From Thermoanaerobaculia bacterium (GTDB taxonomy: Bacteria; Acidobacteriota; Thermoanaerobaculia; Multivoradales; JAHEKO01), in assembly GCA_049664225.1 (NCBI GenBank), contig JBATEX010000057.1, forward strand, positions 82,451 through 146,450: DNA of 64,000 bases, in the 5' to 3' direction. The stretch's first letter is position 1. Each line of letters starts with the position of its first letter. The notes beneath the pieces are model-generated. The model made no database searches. It had not been told where the DNA came from and saw only the letters and a program-made list of their open reading frames with translations. A program made the translations under genes and the position numbers. Of the stretch, positions 19,678 to 29,008 are shown one piece after another.

Positions 19678-20733
19678 CTAAAGCAGGTATCGGGTGTCCA
19701 GAATCTCGGCCACGTCCAGCCCACGAGCCTGCACCAGCACCCGAATCTCCTCGCCCATTCCTTCAGGGTCGAGCAGCGTCATCGCTTCCAACCGCTCCAC
19801 CTGGTCGGCGTCGGCGAGGCCTTCGAAGATCCCGCAACTCGTCAACCAGGCAGCCTGACGAGTCAAAGCCACCGTCTCCAGCCCCTGCTCCTCACCTTCT
19901 TCTATCAAGGCAGTGAAGTCCACATGGGCGGTCAGATCCTGCTCACCCACATCGATCAGTGGGTCTCGGTGCACCTGTTGCTGTCGATAGCAGGCCAGGC
20001 TGCCGTGGGGGCGTACCCGGCGATCCAATAGCTGCCGGCGTGGAAAGCCGTAGTCGCAGGTCACCAGCAGGCCGCGGTGCAGCTTTTCGGCCATCTGTCC
20101 GTAGAGAGGCCTCCAGCGAGGCGAAAGATCGGCAATCTGGCACGGCTCGAGCGGCTCACCAGGGCTGCCCAGCAGACTCGTGAGCGCAGGCTCCGAGACC
20201 TCGTCCTCCCGCCACGCGAAGGAACCGTCGGGCTGCAACACGACCCATAGCTCGCCCACCCGCGCTCCCTTGCGGCCAATGAGCCGATGAATCGGAAGCG
20301 CGTCAAACAGCTCGTAAGAAAACACGACCCCCTCCACTTGGCCGGTACCAACCTCCTCCAGGCTCTCGAGCGTCTCGATCGCTGAAGGTAGAGACCGCTG
20401 AACACGATCACAGCCCAACAACTCGCGTTCCCCCATCGGTTCCAGGAACTCGGCCAGGCCTCGCAGGTGAGAGCCGTCTCCGTATCCGACTTCGAGAAAG
20501 CTAGCTGGATGACCGAGGGCTGCATCCATCCTGCGAAGGAGGCGCGCCGTGGCTCGCGCGAAGAGGGCTGAGTAGGAGGAGCCGGTGATGAAGTCCCCGT
20601 CGACCCCGATGGCCAGATCATCACGGCAGTAATAACCGCCCTCACCATAGAGAGCCTCCTCCATGAAGCGAGCAAAAGTGATTGGACCCTCATCCTCGAT
20701 CAGCGCGCGAAGCCGATCCGCGACGGCATTCAT
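19678..20733 (-). CDS. MidA/NDUFAF7-family class I SAM-dependent methyltransferase (DUF185)
   Basis: From the ATG at 20733 the protein reads MNAVADRLRALIEDEGPITFARFMEEALYGEGGYYC...DFITGSSYSALFA...FLEVGYGDGSHL. This is a typical MidA N-terminus with the SAM-binding G-x-G-x-G region. The track start at 20880 is an unlikely extension. Confidence 0.8.
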   Translation of the reverse strand: MNAVADRLRALIEDEGPITFARFMEEALYGEGGYYCRDDLAIGVDGDFITGSSYSALFARATARLLRRMDAALGHPASFLEVGYGDGSHLRGLAEFLEPMGERELLGCDRVQRSLPSAIETLESLEEVGTGQVEGVVFSYELFDALPIHRLIGRKGARVGELWVVLQPDGSFAWREDEVSEPALTSLLGSPGEPLEPCQIADLSPRWRPLYGQMAEKLHRGLLVTCDYGFPRRQLLDRRVRPHGSLACYRQQQVHRDPLIDVGEQDLTAHVDFTALIEEGEEQGLETVALTRQAAWLTSCGIFEGLADADQVERLEAMTLLDPEGMGEEIRVLVQARGLDVAEILDTRYLL

Positions 20734-20753
20734 GAACGGAAGTATAAGAGGCA

Positions 20754-20790
20754 GTGGGGGTTGAGGGGGCCAGGCGTTCCTTCCGGCCCG
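20754..20790 (+). repeat. REP-like hairpin repeat unit (G-rich strand on +)
   Basis: gtgggggttgagggggccaggcgttccttccggcccg aligns with the reverse complement of the units at 21508-21559 and 32311-32403. The hairpin stem is GGGCC(a)GG/CCGGCCC, and the loop is the reverse complement of AAGGAACGC. Confidence 0.75.
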
Positions 20791-20837
20791 TCCTTGGGGC
20801 ATTGAGGCAACGACACCTGAGGGACCTTGGTTCAAGA

Positions 20838-21431
20838 TCACCAGCCGTCGACGCAGGTGGAAGCCCCACGATGAACCCAAGGAGGAGTCGGCTCAGCATT
20901 CATCCACACACCGCGACCGCTTTCTCGGGCTTGCCGTTCGGCCTCTCTGAGGCCCGAAACGTAGGCTGGAAATGCACTCTCGACACAAAGCCAGGCCCAT
21001 CCTGCCTCGACGATTTCGCGGCTGATGTCCTGGCCTTCCAGCAGAACCTGGCCGAATCTCTCACAATGAGGTGGACTATCGAGCCCGCGAAGTCGCACTC
21101 TGACCCGCCTGCTCTGAAGCATGCCCTCGACGTGCCTTCTTGCTTCCGTACCGTGGGTTTGCTGCAACTCAGGAGCGTCGATACCCGCGAAACAAACCGA
21201 GATCGGAGTGTCCGTCCAGACCACTTCGACGGTATCCGCCGACAGCACTGCGACGACTTCGCCGGTGAACTCCTCGACATCGATTAGCATCAAGGGCTCT
21301 TGCGGCTCATCCTGAGCACCCGAGACCAGACCGAGCCCCAGAAGGCCCAGAGCCCCCACGAATAGGACGCGAATCACAGATCTGTCCTCCAGCTTCCCGT
21401 GCATTATCATGCTCACTCGCGTCTCAATCAA
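20838..21431 (-). CDS. Secreted thermonuclease (staphylococcal nuclease, SNase-like) family protein
   Basis: Hydrophobic N-terminal signal followed by VVAVLSADTVEVV...VCFAGIDAPE...GTEARRHVE...ERFGQVLLEGQDISREIVEAGWAW, which contains SNase core motifs. Confidence 0.8.
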   Translation of the reverse strand: MIETRVSMIMHGKLEDRSVIRVLFVGALGLLGLGLVSGAQDEPQEPLMLIDVEEFTGEVVAVLSADTVEVVWTDTPISVCFAGIDAPELQQTHGTEARRHVEGMLQSRRVRVRLRGLDSPPHCERFGQVLLEGQDISREIVEAGWAWLCVESAFPAYVSGLREAERQARESGRGVWMNAEPTPPWVHRGASTCVDGW

Positions 21432-21507
21432 GCGACCCTCGTTCCTGTCTAGGACCCGACCGGAAGACTCTCCTCTTCGCTGCCATGTTCATTGGCTGGT
21501 GCTTCGA

Positions 21508-21559
21508 GCCCTCAAAGATCAGCCGAAGGTACGCCGGCTGCCTCGACCCCCAAGCCCTC
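21508..21559 (-). repeat. REP-like hairpin repeat unit (G-rich strand on -)
   Basis: gccctcaaagatcagccgaaggtacgccggctgcctcgacccccaagccctc matches 32311-32362 at 49 of 52 positions. It contains the hairpin cagccg-aaggtacgc-cggctg. Confidence 0.85.
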
Positions 21560-21585
21560 TCTTGTTGCGTGCTAAGCTCCCCAAA

Positions 21586-22635
21586 ATGCCCGCAACGGAG
21601 ACACTTCCGACGACGAAACGACTCTTGGATCTGGTCGACGCCATGGCCGGTCAGCCGATCCTCATGCTGGTCGATCTGGTCGCTGATCGGTTCATCTCGG
21701 GCTCACCCAAGCGCATCAGCCGGGAGGCGCCCGTACTGATTCTGAGCTACGAAAGCGAGACGTTTTCGCCGGGCGGCGGCGCCAATGCCGTGGCCAACGT
21801 CGCCGCTCTGGGTGGGGTACCTCTGCCTCTTGGGGTAGTCGGTCGAGATACCAACGGCAAGCAGCTGTTGTCGACTCTCCAAGGCGCGGGCGTGACCACC
21901 GATGGCATCCTCGTGCGCGATGGATACTCCACCGTCACCAAGACCCGGATCCTGGGTGGAGCGCGGCACTCGATCAAGCAACAGATCGTGCGCTTCGACA
22001 TCGAGGAGGAAAGCGAGCTCTCTGAGGAGGAGCACCGGGCGTTCGAGAAGCAGCTCGACAGCTGGCAGGGAAAGGCCCGGGTCGCAGTCCTCAGCGACTA
22101 CGGATATGGAGCCGTACAGCCCGGTCTCATGCAACAGATTCGAAGCGCACTGGCGCCGGACGGCTCGGTGCTCTGCGATTCGCGACATCGCCTGCCCGAT
22201 TTCGTCGGTCTCGACGGTGCAACCCCCAACGAAGAAGAGGCTCTGGCCCTGTTGCCGGCCAGTGATGCCGAGTCGGCAGAATCGGCTCTCGCCCGCGGTT
22301 CGATACTTCTGGAGAAGCTTGGCGCCCGGTACCTTCTCATCACCCGGGGTAGCTACGGCATGACTCTCTTCGAGGGACAGGAAAGTTGCCATATCCCGGT
22401 GCACGGCACGGATCAGGTTGCCGACGTCACCGGAGCTGGCGACACCGTCATCGGCACCTTCTCCCTCGCTCTCGCCGCCGGTGCCAGCGCGCTCGAGGCT
22501 GCTCTGCTCGCTAATTACGCCGGTGGAGTCGTCGTCCTGAAACTGGGCACGGCCACCCTGACCCCGGATGAGCTTCGGGACGCCATAGCTTCCGATACAC
22601 GTCTGCTGCGAGATCTCGAGTGGGCGAAATCCTGA
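21586..22635 (+). CDS. hldA: PfkB-family sugar kinase, HldE domain I-like (D-glycero-beta-D-manno-heptose-7-phosphate kinase)
   Basis: From the ATG at 21586 the protein is ribokinase-like, with the C-terminal DVTGAGDTVIGTFSLALAAG. It overlaps the following adenylyltransferase gene by 16 nt and precedes a GT9 gene. Confidence 0.75.
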   Translation: MPATETLPTTKRLLDLVDAMAGQPILMLVDLVADRFISGSPKRISREAPVLILSYESETFSPGGGANAVANVAALGGVPLPLGVVGRDTNGKQLLSTLQGAGVTTDGILVRDGYSTVTKTRILGGARHSIKQQIVRFDIEEESELSEEEHRAFEKQLDSWQGKARVAVLSDYGYGAVQPGLMQQIRSALAPDGSVLCDSRHRLPDFVGLDGATPNEEEALALLPASDAESAESALARGSILLEKLGARYLLITRGSYGMTLFEGQESCHIPVHGTDQVADVTGAGDTVIGTFSLALAAGASALEAALLANYAGGVVVLKLGTATLTPDELRDAIASDTRLLRDLEWAKS

Positions 22636-23099
22636 GCCTCGAGGACATAGTTCCTCGCGTCGCGCGGCTGAAGGCAGAAGGTAGGCGTATCGCCTTCGCC
22701 AATGGCCATTTCGACCTTCTCCACGTAGGTCACCTGCGCTATCTTCGCGCCGCGAAGCAGGAAGGCGATATCCTCGTCGTCGCCATCAATGATGACGAAT
22801 CCGTGGCTCTACTCAAGGGAGAAGGACGACCCATTGCGCCGGAACAGGAGCGGGCCGAACTGGTGGCCGCTCTCGAGCCGGTGGATCTCGTAGTGATCTT
22901 CAAGGGCGACTCGCCAGGGCCCCTCATGGATCGGCTGCAGCCCGACATTCATTGCAAAGGCCCAGACTACGGCACACCAGACAGGGTCCCCGAGTACGAG
23001 GTCGTGCGGCGCTACGGTGGGGACACCCGATTGGTCGGCGACCCCAAGGATCACTCGACTACCGATCTGATCGAGAAGATACGGCGACTGCCGGACTGA
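22620..23099 (+). CDS. hldC: D-glycero-beta-D-manno-heptose-1-phosphate adenylyltransferase (HldE domain II-like, cytidylyltransferase fold)
   Basis: The FANGHFDLLHVGHLRYL nucleotidyltransferase (H/T)xGH motif is present, with VVAINDDESV. The size (159 aa) is typical. Confidence 0.8.
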   Translation: MGEILSLEDIVPRVARLKAEGRRIAFANGHFDLLHVGHLRYLRAAKQEGDILVVAINDDESVALLKGEGRPIAPEQERAELVAALEPVDLVVIFKGDSPGPLMDRLQPDIHCKGPDYGTPDRVPEYEVVRRYGGDTRLVGDPKDHSTTDLIEKIRRLPD

Positions 23100-23116
23100 A
23101 AGGTAGGGCCGACTCT

Positions 23117-24166
23117 TTGGGCCCCAGCAGAATCCTCCTTCTACGCACAAGCGCCCTGGGAGATGTCGTTCATGCCCTGCCGGTGCTGACGGCGCTGCGG
23201 CGCAACCTACCTCACGCGACGCTCGGCTGGGTGGTGGAGTCCTCTATGGCTCCGCTGCTCGCAGGGCATCCCGACCTCGACGAGTTGCTCGTTGTCAGTC
23301 TCCGGACCTGGAGGCGGCAGCTACACCGCCGGAGCACCTGGGCGGCGATGCGCGACTTCTTCGTCGGGCTCGAACGGTTCGCGCCCGAGCTGGTGCTGGA
23401 TCTGATGGGCAATCACAAGGCTGGGGCTCTGGCAGCACTGACGCTGGCCGATCGCAGGGTCGGGGTGGCACCGAGATTTCGCCGCGAACCCTCCAGTTCC
23501 ATCTGGATCAACGAGCCCGTCATTCCCCAGGGCGAGCACAGTGTCGATCGGGCTCTCGCCGTGCTGGACGCTCTGGATCTCCCACGCGAGCCGGCAGACT
23601 TCGGGGGAGGCAAGCTCCTTCGCGAGGAACCAATCGAGGCCCGCGACAGGTTGGCCTCGACCGAGGACCAGCGGGCTCTCATTCAACCGGGGGCTGGCTG
23701 GGGCAACAAGCGGTATCCCCCCGAGAGGTGGGGTCAGGCGGCCCATCTCCTCGAGCGTGATCTCGGACTGCGCAGCTGGGTGGCTGCCGGCCCAGGCGAG
23801 GAGAACCTCGCAAACGAGGTCGTGGCCGCCAGCAGAGGCTCTGCAGAGGCGATCGTGGCACCGACTCTTGCCTATCTGGCCACCTTCCTACGCCACTCTC
23901 GACTCGTCATCGGTGGCGACACCGGGCCCGTTCACCTGGCTCACGCCCTGGAGACACCGGTTCTCTGCCTCATGGGCCCCACCGCGCCAGAGACCAACGG
24001 TCCCTATGGCGACAGGGAAGCGGCGCTCTGGCGCCAGCTGCCCTGCAGCTTCTGTCACAAGAGATTCAACGAGGCCAAGCTCTGCCTGACGGACATTCAG
24101 CCTGCAGAGATTGCCGAACGCGCCCGTTTCCTCCTCCAGCGCCACCCTGCGGCGCTAACCCCCTAG
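23117..24166 (+). CDS. Glycosyltransferase family 9 (LPS heptosyltransferase-like)
   Basis: RILLLRTSALGDVVHALPVLTALR..., GAGWGNKRYP and GGDTGPVHLAHALETPV are GT9 hallmarks. The track start (22952) overlaps hldC. The TTG at 23117 is my guess, so the start is uncertain. Confidence 0.8.
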   Translation: MGPSRILLLRTSALGDVVHALPVLTALRRNLPHATLGWVVESSMAPLLAGHPDLDELLVVSLRTWRRQLHRRSTWAAMRDFFVGLERFAPELVLDLMGNHKAGALAALTLADRRVGVAPRFRREPSSSIWINEPVIPQGEHSVDRALAVLDALDLPREPADFGGGKLLREEPIEARDRLASTEDQRALIQPGAGWGNKRYPPERWGQAAHLLERDLGLRSWVAAGPGEENLANEVVAASRGSAEAIVAPTLAYLATFLRHSRLVIGGDTGPVHLAHALETPVLCLMGPTAPETNGPYGDREAALWRQLPCSFCHKRFNEAKLCLTDIQPAEIAERARFLLQRHPAALTP

Positions 24167-24196
24167 ACCCCTACCTCCCCTACGCCCCTAAGCCCC
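24159..24196. repeat. C-tract tandem repeat (five C4-5 tracts spaced by 4-5 nt); the minus strand is a G-quadruplex-type motif
   Basis: ccccctagacccctacctcccctacgcccctaagcccc overlaps the GT9 stop codon (TAG at 24164-24166). Tracts and spacings were read directly from the sequence. Confidence 0.85.
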
Positions 24197-24397
24197 TACG
24201 GCCTCATTGCCTCATCGACCCATGGCCCCGCACCTTCCTGTGGTGCATGCCATTGACCCGTTTTCTACGCCGTTGTTACACTCGCTCACCGTGAATCCCC
24301 TGGCGGGAGACCGCGCGCCCTTTACGGTCCGTCGTTCGCCGCCGATATGCGGCGAACGGACTGACTGCAGGAACATGGAGACCGGAGTTACAACGCT

Positions 24398-26110
24398 ATG
24401 ACACGCCTCGGTGAGCTTCTTCAACAAGCAAACAAGATAACGGAGGAGCAGCTCAATCAAGCGCTGGCCGCTCAGCAAAGCCAGGGTGGACGCGTCGGCT
24501 CCCATCTCGTCAAGCTGGGCTACATCGATGATGAGGAGTTGGTGGAGTTCCTCTCGCAGCGCTATGGAGTCCCGGCGATCAATCTGAGCGAGATCGAGGT
24601 CGACGACAGCATCATCGGCATCATCCCAGCCGAAGTAGCTCGCAAGTACACGATCCTTCCGGTGTCCAAAGCGGGGGCCAAGCTGACCATCGCCATGGTG
24701 GACCCCACCAACGTGTTCGCCATGGACGACGTGAAGTTCATGACCGGCTACAACGTCGAGCCTGTCGTGGCCTCCGACTCGACGCTGCGCGGTGCTATCG
24801 ATCAGTACTACGGCAGCACGCACTCCATCGAGCTCAAGAAGGTCATGGAGGACCTGGAGGACAACGAGGATGCCGACCTCGAAGTCCTCGACGAAGAAGA
24901 GGACCTCGATCTCGAGGCACTGGAGCAGGAGTCCGAGGAGGCGCCCGTCGTTCGCCTCGTCAACATCATCCTGACCGACGCCATCAAACGGGATGCCTCC
25001 GATATCCACATCGAGCCCTATGAGAAGGAATTTCGAGTTCGCTACAGGATCGATGGGTTGCTCTACGAGATGATGCGTCCGCCCCTGCGTCTGCGCGAGG
25101 CGATCACCAGTCGCATGAAGATCATGGCGAAACTGGACATCGCCGAGAAGCGCCTGCCGCAGGACGGTCGCATTAAGATCAAGACCCGCGTCGGCGGCAG
25201 GGTCAAGGATCTGGATTTCCGCGTCTCGTCACTGCCCACGATCTTCGGCGAGAAGATCGTTCTTCGTCTTCTCGACAAAGACAACCTGATGCTCGACATG
25301 ACGAAGCTGGGATTCGAGTCCGCCTCGCTGCGCCGCTTCGAGCAAGCCATTTTGAAGCCCTTTGGGATGGTATTGGTGACGGGCCCTACCGGTTCGGGAA
25401 AGACCAACACCCTGTACTCGGCCCTGTCGCGGATCAACACGCCCGAGACCAACATCATGACCGCCGAGGATCCGGTCGAGTTCAACCTGGTCGGTGTGAA
25501 TCAGGTGCAGATGAAGGACCAGATCGGGCTCAATTTCGCGGCCGCGCTTCGCTCCTTCCTACGACAAGATCCCAACATCATCCTGGTGGGTGAGATCCGC
25601 GACTTCGAGACCGCCGAGGTGGCGATCAAAGCCGCGCTGACCGGTCACCTGGTGCTCTCCACCCTGCACACCAACGACGCACCGTCCTCAATCAACCGGA
25701 TGATGAACATGGGCATTGAGCCCTTTCTGGTGGCGAGCTCCGTCAATCTCATCGCCGCCCAGCGCCTCGTGCGCCGGATCTGTGCAAACTGCAAGGAAGC
25801 CTACGAGGTCCCCGAGCAGGCAATGGTCGATCTGGGCTTCTCCACTCAGGAGGCCAAGACCATCAAGCCTTTCAGGGGCCGTGGGTGCGAGCGCTGCAGT
25901 GGCACCGGATTCAAGGGCAGGGTTGCTCTCTACGAGGTGATGGACGTAGACGAAGATGTTCGTGAATTGATCCTGTCGGGAGGCAGTGCCAACGAGCTGC
26001 GGCAGCAATCCCTATCGAACGGCATGATCAGCCTGCGTGCCAGCGGTCTCGAGAAGATCCGAGACGGCGTGACGACCATCGAAGAGGTCATGCGAGAGAC
26101 GGTACTCTAG
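24398..26110 (+). CDS. pilB: Type IV pilus assembly / type II secretion family ATPase (PilB/GspE)
   Basis: N-terminal T2SSE_N/MshEN-like domain, Walker A GPTGSGKTNT, GEIRD, and tetracysteine CANC...CERC. The protein is 570 aa. Confidence 0.9.
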   Translation: MTRLGELLQQANKITEEQLNQALAAQQSQGGRVGSHLVKLGYIDDEELVEFLSQRYGVPAINLSEIEVDDSIIGIIPAEVARKYTILPVSKAGAKLTIAMVDPTNVFAMDDVKFMTGYNVEPVVASDSTLRGAIDQYYGSTHSIELKKVMEDLEDNEDADLEVLDEEEDLDLEALEQESEEAPVVRLVNIILTDAIKRDASDIHIEPYEKEFRVRYRIDGLLYEMMRPPLRLREAITSRMKIMAKLDIAEKRLPQDGRIKIKTRVGGRVKDLDFRVSSLPTIFGEKIVLRLLDKDNLMLDMTKLGFESASLRRFEQAILKPFGMVLVTGPTGSGKTNTLYSALSRINTPETNIMTAEDPVEFNLVGVNQVQMKDQIGLNFAAALRSFLRQDPNIILVGEIRDFETAEVAIKAALTGHLVLSTLHTNDAPSSINRMMNMGIEPFLVASSVNLIAAQRLVRRICANCKEAYEVPEQAMVDLGFSTQEAKTIKPFRGRGCERCSGTGFKGRVALYEVMDVDEDVRELILSGGSANELRQQSLSNGMISLRASGLEKIRDGVTTIEEVMRETVL

Positions 26111-26161
26111 ACCGTCGTTCGCCTTCTCCAAAACGAGTTCTGTGGATCGAACGTTCGGGTC

Positions 26162-26725
26162 TCAGGCCCGGCTGTCCCAGATCGTCTCCGGGATTCCCTT
26201 TCGGGCATTCTCGAAGCGGGCCATCACAAATAGGGCATCCGACAGCCGATTCAGATAGCGCACCGTATAGGCCCCGAGCGGTTCCTGCTCGGCCAGTTGG
26301 ACCACCTCACGCTCGGCGCGACGACACCAGGTTCGCGCCACGTGCAGGCTCGCTGCCCCCGATGAGCCCCCCGGCAGGACGAAGTTCTCCAACGGCGGAA
26401 CCGCCGCTGACAGACGGTCCATGAGCTCTTCCAAGTTCGTGATGTGGCGCTCCTCGATACCGGGCACGGCGGCTCTGTCCTTGTCCTCTTCCAGGAAGCA
26501 GAGATCGGACCCCAGATGAAAGAGCTCGTTCTGGATTCTCGACAGCTCACTGACCAGCTCTTCCTCCAGGCCGGCTGCCATGGCAACACCAATCAATGAG
26601 TTGAGCTCGTCAACCGTGCCGTAGGCGGCGATGCGAGGCGAACCCTTGCTGACCCGTTGACCTCCTCCCAGACCCGTCGTGCCGTCGTCGCCGGTTCGCG
26701 TGTAGACTCGAGTGATTCTAGGCAT
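26162..26725 (-). CDS. PduO-type ATP:cob(I)alamin adenosyltransferase
   Basis: From the ATG at 26725 the protein reads [19 protein letters not shown]...[16 protein letters not shown], the canonical PduO-type N-terminus. The 288-aa track ORF carries a spurious N-terminal extension. Confidence 0.88.
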   Translation of the reverse strand: MPRITRVYTRTGDDGTTGLGGGQRVSKGSPRIAAYGTVDELNSLIGVAMAAGLEEELVSELSRIQNELFHLGSDLCFLEEDKDRAAVPGIEERHITNLEELMDRLSAAVPPLENFVLPGGSSGAASLHVARTWCRRAEREVVQLAEQEPLGAYTVRYLNRLSDALFVMARFENARKGIPETIWDSRA

Positions 26726-26742
26726 GGATCGAGTTCCTGTCG

Positions 26743-28596
26743 TTGAACTGCCCGAGTCTAACCCAACCACCAACGGGCGAAGGCACGAAGCCGGCAGTGG
26801 CTCTCGCCGACGAATCCGAAATGGGAGAAACACCCCACATCGTCCTGCAGGCTCCGCGGGGAGATACTCTGGAGTGGCTGAGCTTTCGCTGCCCTGTAGC
26901 GACCCTTGTCGGTACCGAGATCGCCGAGGTCCAGCCCATTCTGAGAGAGGTCGAATCGGCGACCAATGGAGGCCTCTTCGCGGCAGGATTCTTAAGCTAC
27001 GAAGCGGCTCCGGCGTTCGATCCCGCAATGCGCGTCAGGGCGGCGAGCGACCTACCCCTCATCTGGTTCGGCCTCTACGAGAGACCTGAGGTCATCGGGC
27101 CGCCAGCACCTGGCCCGGGGGACACTGCAGCCACGTTGACGTGGCTACCTTCTCAGACCAGGCAGAGCTATCAAGAGGCTATCGAGGCCATCCACCGGGC
27201 GATCGCCCGCGGCGACACCTATCAAATCAACTACACCCATCGACTTCAGTCCCCATTCGCGGGCGACGCCTGGTCGCTCTTCGCAGCGCTCGTCCAAGGT
27301 CAGCGCTCGAGGTGCTGCGCCTTCGTCGACATCGGCCGATGGGCGCTCTGCTCCGCTTCCCCTGAGCTCTTCTTTCGACTCGAGGCTGACTCGATCGTCA
27401 GCCGACCCATGAAAGGGACCTCGCCACGGGGCCGTACCGTCGAGGAAGACGAGCAGGCGGCGGCCTGGCTCCAGGCTTCACCCAAGAACCGCGCCGAGAA
27501 CGTCATGATCGTCGATATGGTGCGCCACGACCTGGGACGAATCGCAACCCCGGGGAGCGTTCGTGTCGCCAGCCTGTGGCAGCTGGAGCAGTACCCGTCA
27601 CTGTTTCAACTCACCTCCACAGTCGAGGCACAGACCCGGGCGGGACTCTCGGAGATACTCGCGGCGCTGTTCCCATGCGCCTCGATTACTGGCGCACCCA
27701 AGATCCGAGCCATGGAGCTCATCGCAGATCTCGAGACCCTGCCGCGAGGGGTCTACACCGGGGCCATCGGCTATGTCGCTCCAGGTCGACGGGCACGGTT
27801 CAATGTCGCCATTCGCACCGTCCAGGTCGATCGGCAATCGCGGCTTGCCCAGTTCGGAACCGGCGGTGGCATCGTTGCCGAATCGGTAGCCGAGGAGGAA
27901 TGGCGGGAAACCCTGACCAAGTCATTGGTCCTGAACTCTCCTCCTCCTAATTTCCGGCTTCTCGAAACGCTTCGCTGGAATCCAAACGAGGGCTACTACC
28001 TCCTCGATCGGCATCTACGGCGACTGTGTCGCTCGGCAACCTACTTTGATTTCAAACTCGACCGGGACGTCTTGGTGGATCACCTTCAGAAGGCCACTGA
28101 TGGCTTCTCGAGAAGGACTCTAAAGGTTCGACTTCTCGTCGACTCCGCCGGGGAGGTCGAGATCGAGGCCGAGCCCCTGACCGACGATCACCGCACCTGG
28201 AGGCTGGCGCTCGCCAGAGAGCCGATCGACCGATCCAACTGCTTCCTGTTCCACAAGACGACTCATCGCGACGTCTACGACCGGTGCAGGCGGGACTTCC
28301 CCAACCACCACGACGTGGTGCTGTGGAACGAAGCAGGTGAGATTACCGAAACCACCCTCGCCAATCTCGTCCTGCGGCTGGATGCCGAGATGATCACCCC
28401 GCCCCTGAACTCGGGGCTCCTTCCGGGAACCCTACGCGAGAAGCTCCTCGCGGAGGGGACCATCCGCGAGGCAATCGTCGAGTTGAAGGACCTTTCGCGA
28501 GCAGAGGAGATCTTCCTCATCAACTCTGTACGAGGGTGGATCCCCGCCACCCTGGATCCCGCCACCACTGAAACCCTCAGGTCCTCCCAGGCGTAG
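26743..28596 (+). CDS. pabBC: Fused aminodeoxychorismate synthase component I (PabB) and aminodeoxychorismate lyase/class IV aminotransferase (PabC)
   Basis: The chorismate-binding region reads SPELFF...SRPMKGT...[13 protein letters not shown]...[11 protein letters not shown]...[10 protein letters not shown]. The C-terminal ~200 aa are class IV aminotransferase-like (...[17 protein letters not shown]...FLINSVRGW). The start may instead be the ATG at 26821. Confidence 0.85.
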   Translation: MNCPSLTQPPTGEGTKPAVALADESEMGETPHIVLQAPRGDTLEWLSFRCPVATLVGTEIAEVQPILREVESATNGGLFAAGFLSYEAAPAFDPAMRVRAASDLPLIWFGLYERPEVIGPPAPGPGDTAATLTWLPSQTRQSYQEAIEAIHRAIARGDTYQINYTHRLQSPFAGDAWSLFAALVQGQRSRCCAFVDIGRWALCSASPELFFRLEADSIVSRPMKGTSPRGRTVEEDEQAAAWLQASPKNRAENVMIVDMVRHDLGRIATPGSVRVASLWQLEQYPSLFQLTSTVEAQTRAGLSEILAALFPCASITGAPKIRAMELIADLETLPRGVYTGAIGYVAPGRRARFNVAIRTVQVDRQSRLAQFGTGGGIVAESVAEEEWRETLTKSLVLNSPPPNFRLLETLRWNPNEGYYLLDRHLRRLCRSATYFDFKLDRDVLVDHLQKATDGFSRRTLKVRLLVDSAGEVEIEAEPLTDDHRTWRLALAREPIDRSNCFLFHKTTHRDVYDRCRRDFPNHHDVVLWNEAGEITETTLANLVLRLDAEMITPPLNSGLLPGTLREKLLAEGTIREAIVELKDLSRAEEIFLINSVRGWIPATLDPATTETLRSSQA

Positions 28597-28617
28597 TCAG
28601 AAGAGGAGGAACATTCC

Positions 28618-28896
28618 ATGCTGGAGTTTCTTGTCTTCTTCGCAGTTCTCGTCGTCGGTACGGTCGTGCTGGGCAGCCTCTTCCTGCTCGCCCTGATTGC
28701 CAAGCTCGTACTGCGCCTCTTGCTTCTGCCGATAGCCCTCGTTTTCGGCCTTCTGAAGTTCGTCTTGTTCCTGGTTCTCATCGTGCTCGGAATCGCGGTA
28801 GCGCCCATAGCCCTGATTTTCCTGTTTCTCTTCGGCATACCCATCCTTCTCCTGATGGGCGTGGTTGGCATCAGCTCGGCCCTGGCCACCGGTTGA
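28618..28896 (+). CDS. Small hydrophobic membrane protein (hypothetical)
   Basis: 92-aa ORF preceded by a strong SD (gaggaggaacattccATG). It is almost entirely hydrophobic, with 3-4 predicted TM helices. No family was recognised. Confidence 0.5.
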   Translation: MLEFLVFFAVLVVGTVVLGSLFLLALIAKLVLRLLLLPIALVFGLLKFVLFLVLIVLGIAVAPIALIFLFLFGIPILLLMGVVGISSALATG

Positions 28897-29008
28897 TCGA
28901 GCCGACTCGCGGCACTCCTCTTCAGGCCTCTCGCCCCTGCCTGCCCTCATCGGGCCTGTGTTCTCCGACCCTGGATGATGACCGAGGGACTGCCCTTATA
29001 CTTCCGAC

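Noticed and set aside
24212-25009. 265-aa minus-strand ORF overlapping the pilB 5' half
   Set aside because: It is antisense to a confidently identified PilB/GspE ATPase. No motifs were found and the composition is biased.
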